Notes under the pieces: generated by a model
The model's input: the letters and a program-made list of their open reading frames with translations, nothing else
Databases searched by the model: none
What the model was told of the DNA's origin: nothing
Origin: Torpedo marmorata
Taxonomy: Eukaryota
NCBI GenBank assembly: GCA_977017645.1
Contig: OZ360233.1
Location: forward strand, 21,328,001 to 21,392,000
Direction of reading: 5' to 3'
Length of the DNA: 64,000 nucleotides
Made by a program: the position numbers and the translations under genes
Shown: positions 37,641-51,385 of the stretch, one piece after another
Numbering within the stretch: the stretch's first letter is position 1
Layout: each line of letters starts with the position of its first letter

Positions 37641-40600
37641 GGGGAGTTGCAGGCGGATGCTGCACTGAGCAAGAAAACAAAATATTTGCAAGATTAACCG
37701 ACAAGCTTCTGAGCAGGTCTGCTCGCAACTGAACTTTGCAAGCCCTAACCCAGTCGCTTCTTAGGCACAACTGAAGGTATTCGTTCGTCGCATGGATACT
37801 TTGCAGTCCTGTGAATCACACGTTAACTCACGTACAAATTCTGTCTAGTTTGTCGAACACGATTGGCCTCTGACAAATCTGTCCGGACTCTACGCTCCTT
37901 TAAGTCAAACTTTACCGCATGTTTATAAAATCTTCATCCAAATGATTTTTAAAAGTTAGTCAGTAGCTATTTACATTAGTTTTGGAAAATACAAAATGAG
38001 ATATAATTTGAATGCTGTACAAGCATTTGTCATCGCTAATTTTATGCCTCTGAGTACAGAGAGCTGTTATTCATCCAACCGGTGACGTTGATCTTTTATT
38101 TCGCTGTTCTCCTCCCCTTTCCCTAGATTCTTTCAAAAGAAAGGGTCTCATTCTCAAACAGAAAGGAGAGCTAATTCTTAAACGTGTTGTAGTAGTCAGC
38201 ACTCTTGCCTCGGAGTCTGGGACTCCGTGTAAAAGGAGCGCTTAAATAACCACAAATCTTGGGATTGATGTTCCAGTGCAGTACTGAGGCGTTAGACGTC
38301 ACTTCTGCGGGTTCGATGTTAAACCAAGATCCCGTCTATCTCTAAGTTATGGCATTCCTTTTGGTGTAACTTTGAAACGGCAACGGGGAGGGAAGAGAAT
38401 TTAGATCATACCCTTTAAAAATGAAACAAATTAACATCGTTTCCTGTCGGTTTTTGTTTAATTTTAATTTAGAGACACGGCATGGTAACAGGCCCTTCCC
38501 GCGCACGAGCCCGCGCCGCCGAATTACACCATGTGACCAATTAACCTTCGAATGCCCGTACGACTTTCAGACCTCTTACAGAACAGCCTTCCTGTTTTCT
38601 ACCGAAACTTCTCTCCTCTCTGCGATAAAGCTCAGGCGCTCTGCAATGAACGTTGCCCGGTTATAGAGGTCGTCATTGGCAAGATCGCCATGTTTAATGG
38701 ATAGCATGATAGGGGAGCAGATAGCGCTTTCACGGAGACTCGTGCAGTGAAATACTAATACAAAATTGCAGGGCGTAGTGTTACAGTAAGTCAAAGAGTG
38801 CAGATATACTGTTATAAGACAAAGTGCCGGGGATAGAGAATAGTATAGTTAAAATAATGCCAGTGTTATCACTTTTTGCCAATATATGTATATTTATTTA
38901 AGAATTTTGTAACAGCAGGAAATAAACTGTCCTTGAATATGAAGGTTCATGATTTTAACCTCATGTATCTTCTACCCGACGGAAAGGGGAGACGAGACTA
39001 CGATCAGAATTGAATTGGTCATTTACATGCGACATATTTCCTGAGATAACGGGGTTAGGATTAGGGTTAATGAGTCAATGCAGGGGAAGGGTTATTTGCG
39101 TAAGAGCATAAGCTGCATTCACATCTCTCTACAGTTTCTTGCGGTCTCGGCCTTAGTTCTGAACAGTGCGTCGTGCATCCGGGCAGGATGTTTTCTCGAG
39201 TGCACCTATAGAAATTTGTCAGTGACATTGAGACATGCCGAAATTTCTTCGGCTTCAGAGAAAATAGAGTCTTTGGTAAGCTTTCTTGGTTGTAGCGTCG
39301 ACGTGGTTGGAACACGACAGGTTTTTGGTGATATTAAACTCCAAAGTTCTTCTCGCTCTCCACTGTCTCCACCTTCAACGTCTCTGTTCATTTTACCAAC
39401 TTAAGACCATAAGACCCTAAGACCATAAAACCATAACTTATAGGAGCAGAAGTACGCTATTCGGCCCGTCGAGTCCGCTCCTCCATTTCATCATAAGCTG
39501 ATCTATTCTCCCACTCAGCCCCACTCCCCTGCCTGCTCCCAATATCATTTGATACCCTAACGATATTATCAATATTGTCTCATGGCGAAAACCGCCGTCA
39601 GCAATGTTCTTCAGAACCTCTTCAGATTCCATGTCCTTTCTATTTTCATACGCAGAAATAGTCGTTCACTCAGAATCTTGTCTCCTCCTTAACGCTGCCA
39701 CAAGGAAACCGGTTATTCGGTTCAAAGGTCTCTTTCATCGCTTTCTACCTCAGGCGAACTTCTCCTAACTTTCCCCCATCAACATATCATTCCATGCCTT
39801 TCTCTGTCGTGTACCTATCGGACTGCGCTATTAACTAATCTAAATTATACTCATCCACGATACACGTGTGAATGTGTTCCAGATAGTCGTTTTCATCTGA
39901 ATCGTAACCGCATGTCACTTGAATCCTACTGACAAGTTGTGGATCCGGGGGTAATTAGAAATAAATAATGTTCCCTGATTATCAAAATAGTTGTGAAGTG
40001 TCTTTCATTTTTTGCTTTATTGAAAGAAACGAAGGACCAATTCGACATTTCAGTTTGAATATTTCTCTCTTTATTCCTATACTGAAACAGAAAGGAAAAC
40101 GTGATTGCCTTACTTAGTCACTGCTATGTCCCGAAAGAACTCCCAGGGAGCAATGTACAGTGTTGCAACATTAAAAAGAAAAAAAATGAATGGCGAGGGA
40201 ACAATAACTAAATAAAAATAAATTATAAACAAATAGGGGAAATTAAGAGCACATAAGGGGAAATCTAGAAATGTAAACAGAATGGCTGAGAGCGAAAGAA
40301 ACAGAATGAGGAGGTTCAGACTAACCATATGGGAGGTTAGCCAGGAAGGTTCCGACGCTAGGTATTCATGGTGCAGTACTGAACAGGATCCGACAATAGC
40401 TAGACGGGAGAAGCCAGAGAGTAGTGGTGGATGATTGCTTCTCAGACTGGAGGCCTGCGACTAGTCGTGTGCCTCAGGGATCGTTGCTGGGTCCATTGTT
40501 GTTTGTCATCTATATCAATGATCTGGATGATAATACGGTAAATTGGATCAGCAAGTTTGCAGATGACACTAAGATTGGAGGCGTTGTGAAGAGCGAAGAA

Positions 40601-40848
40601 GGTTTTCAAAGCTTACAGTGGGATCTGCGCCAGCTGGGAAAATGGGCTGTAAAATGGCAGATGGGATTTAATGCAGACAAGTGTGAGGTGTTGCATTTTG
40701 GAACGACAAACCGAGAAAGGACATTTACGGTGAAAGGTAGGGCACTGAGGAGTACGGTAGAATTGAGGGAGCTGGGAATACAGATATATAATTCCCTGAA
40801 AGTGGCGTCACAGGTGGATATGGTTGTAAAGAGAGCTTTTGGCATATT

Positions 40849-43640
40849 AGAATCATAGAAAACCTACAGCGCAATACAGGCCCTTCGGCCCACAAAGTTG
40901 TGCCGAACATGTCACTACTCTAGGAATTGATAGACTTACTTATATCCCTCTATATTTCTGAGCTCCATGTACCTATCCAAAAGTCTCTTAAAAGTCCCTA
41001 TAGAATCCACCTCCACCAGCGTTGCCGGCAACTCATTCCACGCACCCACCACTCTCTGCGTAAAAAACGTACCTCTGACATTTCCTCTATACCTTCTTCC
41101 CAACACCTTAAACCTGTGTCCCCTTGTAGCAACCATTTCGGCCCTGGGAAAAAGCCTCTGACTGTCTGCACGATCAAAGCCCCTTATCATCTTAAACACC
41201 TCAATCATGTCCCCTCTCATCCTCCTTCTTTCCAAGGAGAAAAGGCCTAGTTCCCTCAACCTGTTTTCATAGGGCATGCTCCCTAAACCAGGCAACATCC
41301 TAGTAAATCTCCTCTGCACACTTTCTAATGCCTTCACAGCCTTTCTGTAGTGAGGCGACCAGAACTGCGCACAATACTCCAATATAGGTCTGACCAACAT
41401 GCTATACAGTTGCAACATTACAACATTACCTCTCGACTCCTAAATTCAATTCCAAGATTTATAAAGGCCAATACGCCATATGCCTTCTTAACCACTGACT
41501 CAACCTGTGCAGTTGGTTTGAGTGTTCTATGTACTTGAACCCCAACATCCCTTTGTACTTCCACGCTGCCAATAGTCTTATCATTAATACTATATTCTGA
41601 CATCCTATTTGACCTGCCAAAATTAACCACTTCACACTTGTCCAGGTTAAACTCTATCTGCCACATCTCAGACCAGTTTTGCATTCGATCAATATCCCTC
41701 TGTACCTTCTGAAAGCCGTCCACATTATGAACAACTCCCCCAACTTTAGTGTCATCAGCAAATTTACTAACCCTTCCCTCCACTTCCTCATCCAAGTCAT
41801 CTATAAAAATCACGAATAGTAGAGGTCCCAGGACAGATACCTGAGGAACACCACTAGTCACCGACCTCAATGAAGAATATGACCCATCCACAACCACTCT
41901 TTGCCTTCTGTTGTCAAGCCAGTTCTGGATCCACAAATCAATATCAACATGGATCCCATGCCTCGTTACCTTCTCAATTAGCCTTGCATGTGGTACCTTA
42001 TCAAATGCTTTGCTGAAATCCATATACACCACATCCACTGCTTCTCCTTCGTCAATATGTTTCGTCACATCTTCCAAAAATTCATTCAGGTTCGTAAGGC
42101 ACGACCTGCCCTTAACAAAGCCATGTTGACTATTCCTAATCCTATTATAAGTCTCCAAATGCTCATAAATCCTGTCTCTCAAGATCCTCTCCATCAATTT
42201 GCCAACCACCGAAGTAAGACTTACTGGTCTATAATTTCCTGGGCTATCTTTATTCCCCTTCTTAAACAAAGGAACAACATTTGCAACTCTCCAGTCCTCC
42301 GGCACCTCTCCCTTCCCAAATGATTATTCAAATATCAGAGCCAGCAATTTCTTCCCTTGCCTCCCACAGCAGCCGAGGGTGGCTTGTCCAATTTGATTCT
42401 TTCCAAAAGCTCCAACACATCCTTTTTCTTAATAACTACATTCTCAATCTTTTCAGTCTGCTGTAAGTCATTACTACAATCCACTAGATCCTTTTCAATA
42501 GTGAATACTAAGGCAAAGTATTCATTAAGTACCTCCGCTATTTCCTCCGTTTCCATACACACCTTCCCACTGACACACTTAATATGTCCTATCTTCTCAC
42601 GTCTAATCCTCTTACTATTCACATACTTGGAGAATGCCTTTGGGTTTTCCTTAATTTTGCCCGCCAAGGCCTTCTCATGGCCGCTTCTTGCTCTCCTAAG
42701 TTCCTTTCTAAGCTCTCTCCTGCTAGTCTTATACTCTTCTCGTTCTCTAACACTACCTATCCCTCTTAACCTTTTGTAATCCTTTCTTTTCTTCTTCACT
42801 AGCCTTTTCACAAACTTTATGTACCATTGTTTCTCTACCCTACCATAACTTCCCTGTCTCATTGGAACATACCTATTCATAACTTCACATAAATATCCCC
42901 TGATCGTTTGCCACATTTCCTCTGTACATTTCCCCGAGAACATCCTTTCCCAATTTAATCTTCCAACTTCTTGCCTGATAGCCTCATAATTCCCCTTACT
43001 CCAATTAAATGTTTTTCTAACTTGTCTTTTCTTATCACTCTCCAAAGCTATTGTAAAGGAGATAGAATTATGATCACTATCTCAAAGATGATCTCCCACT
43101 GAAAGATCTGACACCTGACCAGGTACATTTCCCAATACCAAATAAAGTACAGACTCTCCTCTTGTAGGCATATCCACGTATTGTGCCAAGAAACTTTCCT
43201 GAAGACACCTAACAAACTCCACCCTATCTAAACCCCTTACTCTATGGATAATCCAATCAATATTTGGGAAATTAAAATCCCCCATCACGACAACTCTGTT
43301 GTTATTACACATTTCCAAAATCTGTTTCCCTATGTGCTCCTCAATTTCCCTTTCCGCATTGGGCGGCCGATAAAATACACCTAATAAAATTTTTGCACCT
43401 TTCTATTCATACGCTCCACCCATATATGTTCTGTAGTCAAACTCTCTGTGCCGTCCACCTTTTCTGCAGCCATGACATTATCCCTGATCAACAAATCCAC
43501 GCCCCCTCCTCTTTTACCTCCCTTCCTGTCCTTTCTAAAACATCTAAAACCCGGCACTTGAAGCACCCAGTCCTGTCCTTGAACCATCCAAGTCTCTGTA
43601 ATGGCCACCACATCATAGTCCCAAGTATTAATCCATTAAT
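40849..43640 (-). mobile_element. Long CR1 LINE ORF2, nested in a + strand CR1 (40400-40848 and 43646-44760)
   Basis: VAITETW, MGDFNFP, PEDWRVANVVPLFKKG, SQHGF, FADDTK; the host CR1 is continuous across the insertion (…ggcatatt | gtccttcctaaatcaaag…). Confidence 0.9.
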
Positions 43641-44185
43641 TAATATTGTCCTTCCTAAATCAAAGTATTGTGTATAGGAGTTAGGATGTTATTGTAAAGT
43701 TGTATAAGACATTGGTAAGGCCATATGTGGAGTATTGTGAGCGGTTTGTGTCATCTAAGTACAGGAAAGATATCACTAAGATAGAAAGAGTGAAGAGAAG
43801 ATTTATTGGATGTTGGCGGACTTCAGGAATTGAGTTACAGAGAAAGGTGAAACAGGTTAGGACTTTATTCCCTGGGGCGTAGACGAATGGGGGTAGATTT
43901 GATAGAGGAACAGTATTTAAAATTATGCGGGGGCTAGACAGAGTAAATGTAGATAGGTTTTTCCACTGAGGGTAGGTGAGAGACAAACCAGAGGTCATGG
44001 GATAAGAGTGAAAGGCGTAGGGGGAACATGATGGGGGAGCTTCTTCACACAGAGAGTGGTGGGAGTGTGGAACGAGCTGCCAGCTGAGGTGGTGAATGTG
44101 GGCTCAATTGTAACATTTAAGAAGATTTGGACAGTTACATGGATGGAGGATGTATGGAGGGCTATGGACTGGGTGCAGGTCAGTA

Positions 44186-44689
44186 TGTGAAAGTCAGCCC
44201 GCGCTGTAATAAAACAAACAGCAGAACTAAGCAGAACCAATTAAGCGTACAACCGTTTATTTATTTAACCTTGAAAACGCTAGCGGGAGTGAGGGGCACA
44301 AAGAAAGAGTTCAGTAAATCGTTCTCTACACTGAGCCCCAACTCAAAGCATACGCAGTGTTCATCCCACTTTTATACACCTTTGGGCAGGGGTCTGCGTG
44401 AGACCCTACAAGTTTCACACGAGTTTCACACATCTGGCGATACTTGTTTTTACACAACATTTTCCCTTGTGGTGTCTGCAGACGGCTGGGAAATGTCAGG
44501 GTGTCCTTACTCTTGTTGTATTTACATTAATACATTATTTGTGGTGTTAGTCACTATCTCACTACAGCACAGGGAAGGTCATGTTAGAAGACAATTACAT
44601 TCCCACCATGTTACAAGGCAACTACTGTATTTTCCCACCTAATTCATCAACCCTTTGTTAAGCATATTCGTTAAACTTATTCTTTCACA
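44186..44689 (-). mobile_element. Solo LTR (family different from the Gmr1-like copies)
   Basis: Terminal inverted repeat TGTGAAAG…CTTTCACA; inserted within a CR1 3' end (caggtcagt|gggactag); flanks AGTA/TGTG are each 1 mismatch from AGTG; strand inferred from TTTATT near 44256. Confidence 0.65.
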
Positions 44690-44761
44690 TGTGGGACTAG
44701 GCAAAAAAATGATTCGGCACAGACGAGAAGGGCCGAGGGGCCCTGTTTATGGTCTATGGTT

Positions 44762-44930
44762 CTGAGAAAGACAGAAAGACAGAGCGAGAAAGAGTGAGAG
44801 AGATAGAAAGAGCGAGAAAAAGGAAAGAGCGATAAAAAAAGAGCGAGAAAGAAAGAAAGAAAGAGCGAGAAAGATAAAGGAAAGTAAAAAGAAAGAAAGA
44901 AGGAAAGAAAGAGAGACTGAAAGAAAGAAA
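44762..44930. repeat. GA/GAAA-rich simple repeat
   Basis: Purine-rich (GAAA)n/(GA)n tract. Confidence 0.85.
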
Positions 44931-46699
44931 CCTTGCTGCAGAGGAATTTGACTAGATGTAGACATTGTAGATCAGCATAAAAATAGTTCATTCAATACAG
45001 CACGTTCAGCGTGCTTATGCCAATAGTTGAGTTCAACATGGTCCATTCTGTACCTTGATGGATTAGCAGTTATGCAACAATTCCATTTTTCCGATACCCG
45101 GGACGTTCCAGCGGGGATGAAGGACATTTTATGGTTCGAGTTCAGGAAACGGAAAACTATCATTGTTAGCCCTTCAGAGGCTCAATCTTCCCCGTTTTCT
45201 ATAAATGTACAGCAAGTCACAAGGTAATTCATTGCTAGTTTTTTTGTCTGAAAGGCCTTTGGTTTTCAGTGGGAGATACCCATTCCAATCTCACCATCGT
45301 TCATGTGAAATCTGTATTCCCATTTTTAAATGATAATAGAACTACATAATTGTTAATAATAGTTGCATAACGGTCAAGTTATCGTAACGGATAACCATTT
45401 GGTTCACGGGTTTCGTCTGGGGATTGGAAAATTTCATATTTATCCGGACTGTTCTGTATGTGATTTCAAGCCCATCGTCCATGTGAATACAGGCCCACGA
45501 TAATGTTCACCTCTTAACTACAGATTACACTGGCCCAACAACTACACAAACGATTATAGAATGATCATAAATACTGTTCTTGCGTCCCTTCACCCGGAAA
45601 CCTACCAATTATTTATTTTCTCACAAGTAGATTCCATTTTATAACTTGCGTCAGGATCCATTTCGAACTCTTATTTCAAATAACGCATTCCAGGTCTGTC
45701 TGCATACTCCCTCGAATCTGCACTCACGCAAAAAACGTTAGTTATTTTTTCGTATCAGAAAAGAAAACATGAATTTCAAAAGGCGAAAAGGCTGAACGCA
45801 TTTTATTTCCCAGACAGAAGTAAAATCCCTCCTCGAGAAGCCTGTGGGACTTGGTATTAAATAGGTGAGCCCATTAATGGAAACCAAGGAACATGGTGTT
45901 GGTGCTGGAAAATGCCGCTAAAGTAACAACATTGCCGTGCAAGTTGGCGGAACATGCGGGAGGGGGGCGAATGACCTATTCATACTTCTATTTCTGTTAC
46001 ATAGCATTATGTAAAAAGTTTTAAGATCCTTATCGGGTAAATATAAGATTTAATTCCTTGGACTCTGATTCTTTCCATAATACTGGAGCAAAATTACACG
46101 CAGGGTCAGGCGATAATAGTTGAATAAATTAATGTTCGTTTCATAATGAGCCTAGACCGAATAAAAGCGACGAAGGGTGAGAGGTGACTTAATAGAGGTA
46201 TATATGATGATGAGTGCATTGGATAAGGTGGCAGCCAGCAACTTTATTTTTCATGGGGCGACAATGGCAAATACATATTTAAGGTGAGTGGAGGAGAGTT
46301 GAGGGGAGTCATCAGAGGTAAAGCCTTTACGAAGAGAATGGTGGGTGCCTGCAATGCATTGCCGGGGTGGTGGTGGAGGCTGGTACAATAGGGACATTCA
46401 AAAGACTATTAGATAGTCACATGGATGTAAGAAAAATAGAGGGTTATGGGTTTGGGAGGGTAAAAATAGATTTGTGGAGTAGGTTTATACAGGTCGACAC
46501 AATATCGTGGGCCTCCACTTTACTATAATGTTCCATGTTATAACTCGAAGGTTATTGGCCGTGCGGGTTTAATATACAAAAATGTTCTTCTCAAAAAGGA
46601 AGGAACCTGTAGAGGTCAATTTGCAATGGAGTTCTCTCCTTTAAAATTGGAGACCTAGGGTGGAAAGATTTGCACCGAACTGTACCGTGTTACAGATAC

Positions 46700-47175
46700 T
46701 TTAGTCGGTTTACAGACTCCTAGACCTGTCATTTTCACGGCCGGGAGAAGACGGTGTACCATGTACTGTATATACGGCGTATGAGAGGTTGCAGACTCCA
46801 TTTCAGTATCTGAAAGGGCTTCTCTTCAAGTTCTTTCTGAATTTCAGTCCCACGCTCCTGATGTTCGATTACGCGGTGAGGAGGATCTCCTGGTCGGTTT
46901 GCTTCTGGGCCCGGCCAAGTTGGCCATTCATGGCTCACGGGCAGTCGAGGCTTTGGGCCGGAATGACTTCCTGCCTCTCTACCGTGGTTACGCCCGTGCC
47001 TGTGTCCCTAGATAGGGATTACGTGGTGTCCACGGCTACAATTGGGGATTTCCGGTATCGGCACCACTCGGGCTGGAGTGCGTTCTGGATAATGAGTAGC
47101 GTGTTATAATTTGAAGTTCTATACAATGTGTAAATGAAGTACTGTAATGTTCATTTATTGTAATGACTGAATAAA
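46700..47175 (+). mobile_element. Tx1-clade non-LTR retrotransposon 3' fragment
   Basis: Degenerate zinc-knuckle TCHFHGREKTVYH followed by LQTPFQYLKGLLFKFFLNFSPTLL and DLLVGLLLG, typical of the fish Tx1 ORF2 C-terminus; AATAAA near 47170. Confidence 0.6.
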
Positions 47176-47699
47176 CCACCGATAAAGGGAAAAGATAAAG
47201 GAACCTGTCTGACATGTCAAAATATCGTAGCTGACCTGGGAGAAAAATAAGGAAGGGCGGAAGTGACATCGAGTTGCGAACAAACAGCGCCAGTACAGGC
47301 CAATAAAGGTTAAGGCTTCTGCTTGCTGAGTGCTGGTTGGAACAGCCTAAAGGTTCAAGTTAATGCTTTGCAAGGAATTCCAAATTATGAGTCAAAGTAA
47401 ATGATGATCATATTTGGACCGACGGGTGGCATCTACTGTCACTGTCCCCATTTCTACTCTGAGATCAAGTCCTCCCCAAAGCCATCTGGAGGAACAGCAA
47501 CACATTTCCATTCGGCCATTTTAGCCCCTTCCCACATTAGCTCTGCCTTCAACTATTCCCAGATTATTTGTGTTACTTCCATTGTCTCGCACGCCAGAGC
47601 ATGACCATCCTTGCGCTTCAGGTCAGAAAATATCACAGATTTAGGGTGCACAAGCTAGTCATATATGTATTAGATTTCCTTAACTTGCGGACATATCAG

Positions 47700-48750
47700 A
47701 AACAGAATCAGAATTTATTGTCATGAACATGTCAGGAAATTCGATGTTTTGCGGCAGAATCATAGTGCAAATATTCATATACACCACCTTACAACAATAA
47801 TTTTTTTTAAATAGTGCATGGAAAAGTAAGGTAGTGTCTTTGGTTCATTGATTATTCAGGAATCTGATGGCAGCGGACCGCTGAGTGCTTGTCTTTGGGC
47901 TCCTGTATATTTTTCCCGATGGTAGCAGAGTGAAGAGAGCATGGCCTGGGTGGTGGGATCCTTGAGGATAGAGGCTGGCTTTTTAAGACACCGTCTCTTG
48001 TAGATGTCCTCTATGAAGTGAAATCTGGTGCCTGTGATGTCGTAGGCCGAGTTAACAACCCTCTGGGTTTTCTCTTGTCCTGAGAGATGTCACCTCCATA
48101 CTAGATAGTGATTCAACCAGCCAGAATGCTCTCCACGGTACACCTGTAGAAGGTTTCGAGAGTCTTCAGTGACATACCGATTAGCCTCAAACACCTCACA
48201 AAGTATAGCCGCTGGCGAGTCTCTTCGTGATTGCATCGACATAGAGGCTCCAGAAAAGATCCTCGGAGATGTTGATACCCAGGAGTTTGATGTTCTTGAC
48301 CCTCTCCACTACTGAGCCCTCGATGAGGACTGGGTCGTGTTCCCCTGACTTCCTCCTGATGTCCACAATCATCTCCTTGGTTTTACTAACGTTGGGCGCA
48401 AGTTTGTTGGCATGACACCACTCAACGTGCTGTTCTATCTCCGTCCTGTACGCTTCCTCATTGCCGTTTGTGATTCTGCCGACAACTGTGGTGTAATCGG
48501 CAAATTTGTAGATAGCATTGGAACTGTGCCTGGCCACACAGTCATGAGTGTATAACGAGTAGAGCAGTGGACTAAGCACGCATCCTTGAGGTGCGCTGCG
48601 TTGATAATCAGTGAAGAGGAGACGTTGTTCCCAATTCGTACTGACTGTGGTCTTCCGATGAGGAAGTCAAGGATTCAGTTGCAGAGGGGGGTGCAGAGGC
48701 TTGGTGTTTGTAGCTTCTTGATCAGCTCTGTGGGAATAATGGTGTTGATT
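47700..48750 (-). mobile_element. Rex1/Babar-clade LINE 3' fragment
   Basis: LSPLLYSLYTHDCVARHSSNAIYKFADYTTVVGRI…NVSKTKEMIVD motif. Confidence 0.85.
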
Positions 48751-50360
48751 ATAAGTCACTTGGACCGTTCACACCATCCATCACGCATCATTGAGCAACT
48801 ACTCTGCTTTTCTTTTTGTTTTGTACATCCAACTGAAAAACCTCGCGTTTTTCACATTGTATTTCAGCTGCGACATTCGTGCCTGGACTTTCAGCATCCA
48901 TGTGTGTGCCGGTTAATATTTTTTCCTCCTCCTCGTGATCTCGCCCAGTTTTCTATTTTTAATGCACCAAGTATATTAGATCTACGTTATCCACTCTGTT
49001 CGTTACATCCCCAACGGATTACTCAATCACTCAAAAGCGATTTCCCTTCATGAGTACAGATCGATTTCTGCTTACTCTTATCATGGTTTTCAAGGTGTTT
49101 ATAATAAATTAAACGCTTCATTGTGGACCGCCACAAAGTCATGCAATGCACATTTTTAAAAGCATGGTCGGATTGGAGACTATCATAACGGGTTTGTACG
49201 AGGCAGGTTATGTTCAGAACTCTGATGGAGATTTTGAAGGGATTACGAGGACAGGGCGGTGTATGTTGCTTATGTGAACTTTTGTACGGCATTGGACAAG
49301 ATTGCTTATGATTAGTTGATCCAGAATGTACAGGTGCATGGTATCCACTATGAATTAATAGTATAGATGCAGAATTTTCTTACCCATATAAAACTGGGGG
49401 AAAAGGTAGGTTGACAATATATTGACTGGCGCCTGGTGAACAGTGATGTTCTACGTTGATTTACAGCACATTACAGGATCTTCAGTCCACGATGTTGTGC
49501 TAACCTATATAAACTACTCCACAACAATGTAATCCTTCCCTACCTCACACACATAACACTGTATTGTTGTTAAATTCCTGTGCCCATATAAGAGTATTTA
49601 AATGTTGTATCAGCCTCCACTACTACCCCTGGCAAAGCATTCCAGGAACCCACGACTCTCTATGTACTTTAGTCCTTGCATAAGTACCGTCCTCCCAATA
49701 AAATATTCACTGTTTTATCCTGGATGCCACCTTTGCATTTGACATCATGGAAGTTGGAAGGGCTACGAATGTTGCAGGGAATGGGGGGTTTACGTTCGGG
49801 GATAGGGTGGCTTCTTATTTCCATAGGAGGCTGATGGGTGACCGAAAAGAGGTTTATAAAATAATGAGGGCCATCGATAAAGTGAATGATCACGGCCTTT
49901 TCCCCAGGGTAGGCAATTCTAAGACAAGAGGGAGAGGTTTAAGGGAGAATGGAGAGATATAAGAGGATAACTCAGAAGGCAGTCTGTATATTAAACGAGC
50001 TTCCAAAGGAAGCTATAGGAGCACGTACAATTATGACATTAAAAACATTTAGACATAAATATGGATGGACGAGGTACAGAACGACCAAATGCAGGCAAAT
50101 GGGAACTGCTCAGAATGTCATCCTGGTCGGCATGGATTTTTCGCAGGGATCAGATTTGGGAGCATTATTGTTTGTTCATATATAAATGTTTGGGATGAAT
50201 ATGCAGATGGTGGTCTTGTTAAGATTCCAGGTGACATTATGATTTGTGAAGCTGTGTCGATAGCTTTCAAATAATGGAGCAGGATATAGATCAGTTGCAG
50301 ATATGAACAGCGAAATGCCAGATGGAATTTTATACAGACAAGTGTGAGGTGTTGTACTTT

Positions 50361-51385
50361 AACCATATACCATACAACCATATAACACTTACAACACAGA
50401 AACAGGCCAGTTCGGCCCTTCTAGTCCATGCCGAACACCTTCTCCCACCTAGTCCCACTGACCCGCTCCCGGCACATAAACCTCCACACCTCTCTCGTCC
50501 ATATACCTATCCACCTTTTCCTTAAACATTAAAATTGAACCTGCATCTACTACTTCGGCCGGAAGTTCGTTCCACCCTCCCACCACCCTCTGAGGTTCTA
50601 CATTTTGGTAGCATTAATCAGCAATAGTCATACATGTTAAATGGAAGACAATTGAGAAGTGCAGTAGAACAGAGGGATTTAGGAATACTGGTACATAATT
50701 CCCTGAAAGTTGAGTCACACGTAGATAGGGTGGTGAAGAAGGCATTTAGAATGTTGGCCTTCATAAATCAGAGTATTGAATATAGGAGTTGGGATGTCAC
50801 GTTGAAGTTGTATAAGGCATTGGTGAGGCCAAATTAGGAATATTGTGTGCAGTTTTGGTCGCCGAATTACAGGAAGGATATAAACAGAATAGAGAGAGTG
50901 CAGAGGAGATTTACAAAAATGTTGCCTGGGTTTCTGGGTTTGAGTTATAGGGAAAGGTTGAACAGGCTGGGACTTTATTCCCTGGAGCGTAGAAGGTTGA
51001 GGGGTGATTTGATAGAGGTATTTAAAATTATGAAGGGGAAAGATAGAGTCAATGTGGACAGGCTTTTTCCATTGAGAGAGGGGAAGATTCAAACAAGAGG
51101 GCATGGATTGAGATTGAAGGGGGGAAAGTTTAGAGGAATCACGAGGGGGAATTTCTTCACTCAGAGGGTGGTAGGAGGGTGGAACGAACTTCCGGCCGAA
51201 GTGGCAGATGCAGGTTCAATTTTAATGTTTAAGGAAAAGTTGGATAGGTATATGGACGAGAGAGGTGTGGAGGGTTATGGGCCGGGTGCGGGTCATTGGG
51301 ACTAGGTGGGAGAATGTGTTCGGCATGGACTCGAAGGGCCGAACTGGCCTGTTTCTGTGCTGTAAATGTTATATGGTTATATGGT
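50361..51385. mobile_element. Head-to-head composite of two young CR1 3' ends inserted into an older CR1
   Basis: Minus copy 50361-50594 and plus copy 50591-51385 share a TGAG junction; (TATATGGT)n-type tails point outward; the plus copy is near-identical to 19410-20183. Confidence 0.85.

Noticed and set aside
39709-39756. RLFGSKVSF as a J-alpha relic
   Set aside because: No second Gly, no RSS and no GT donor.
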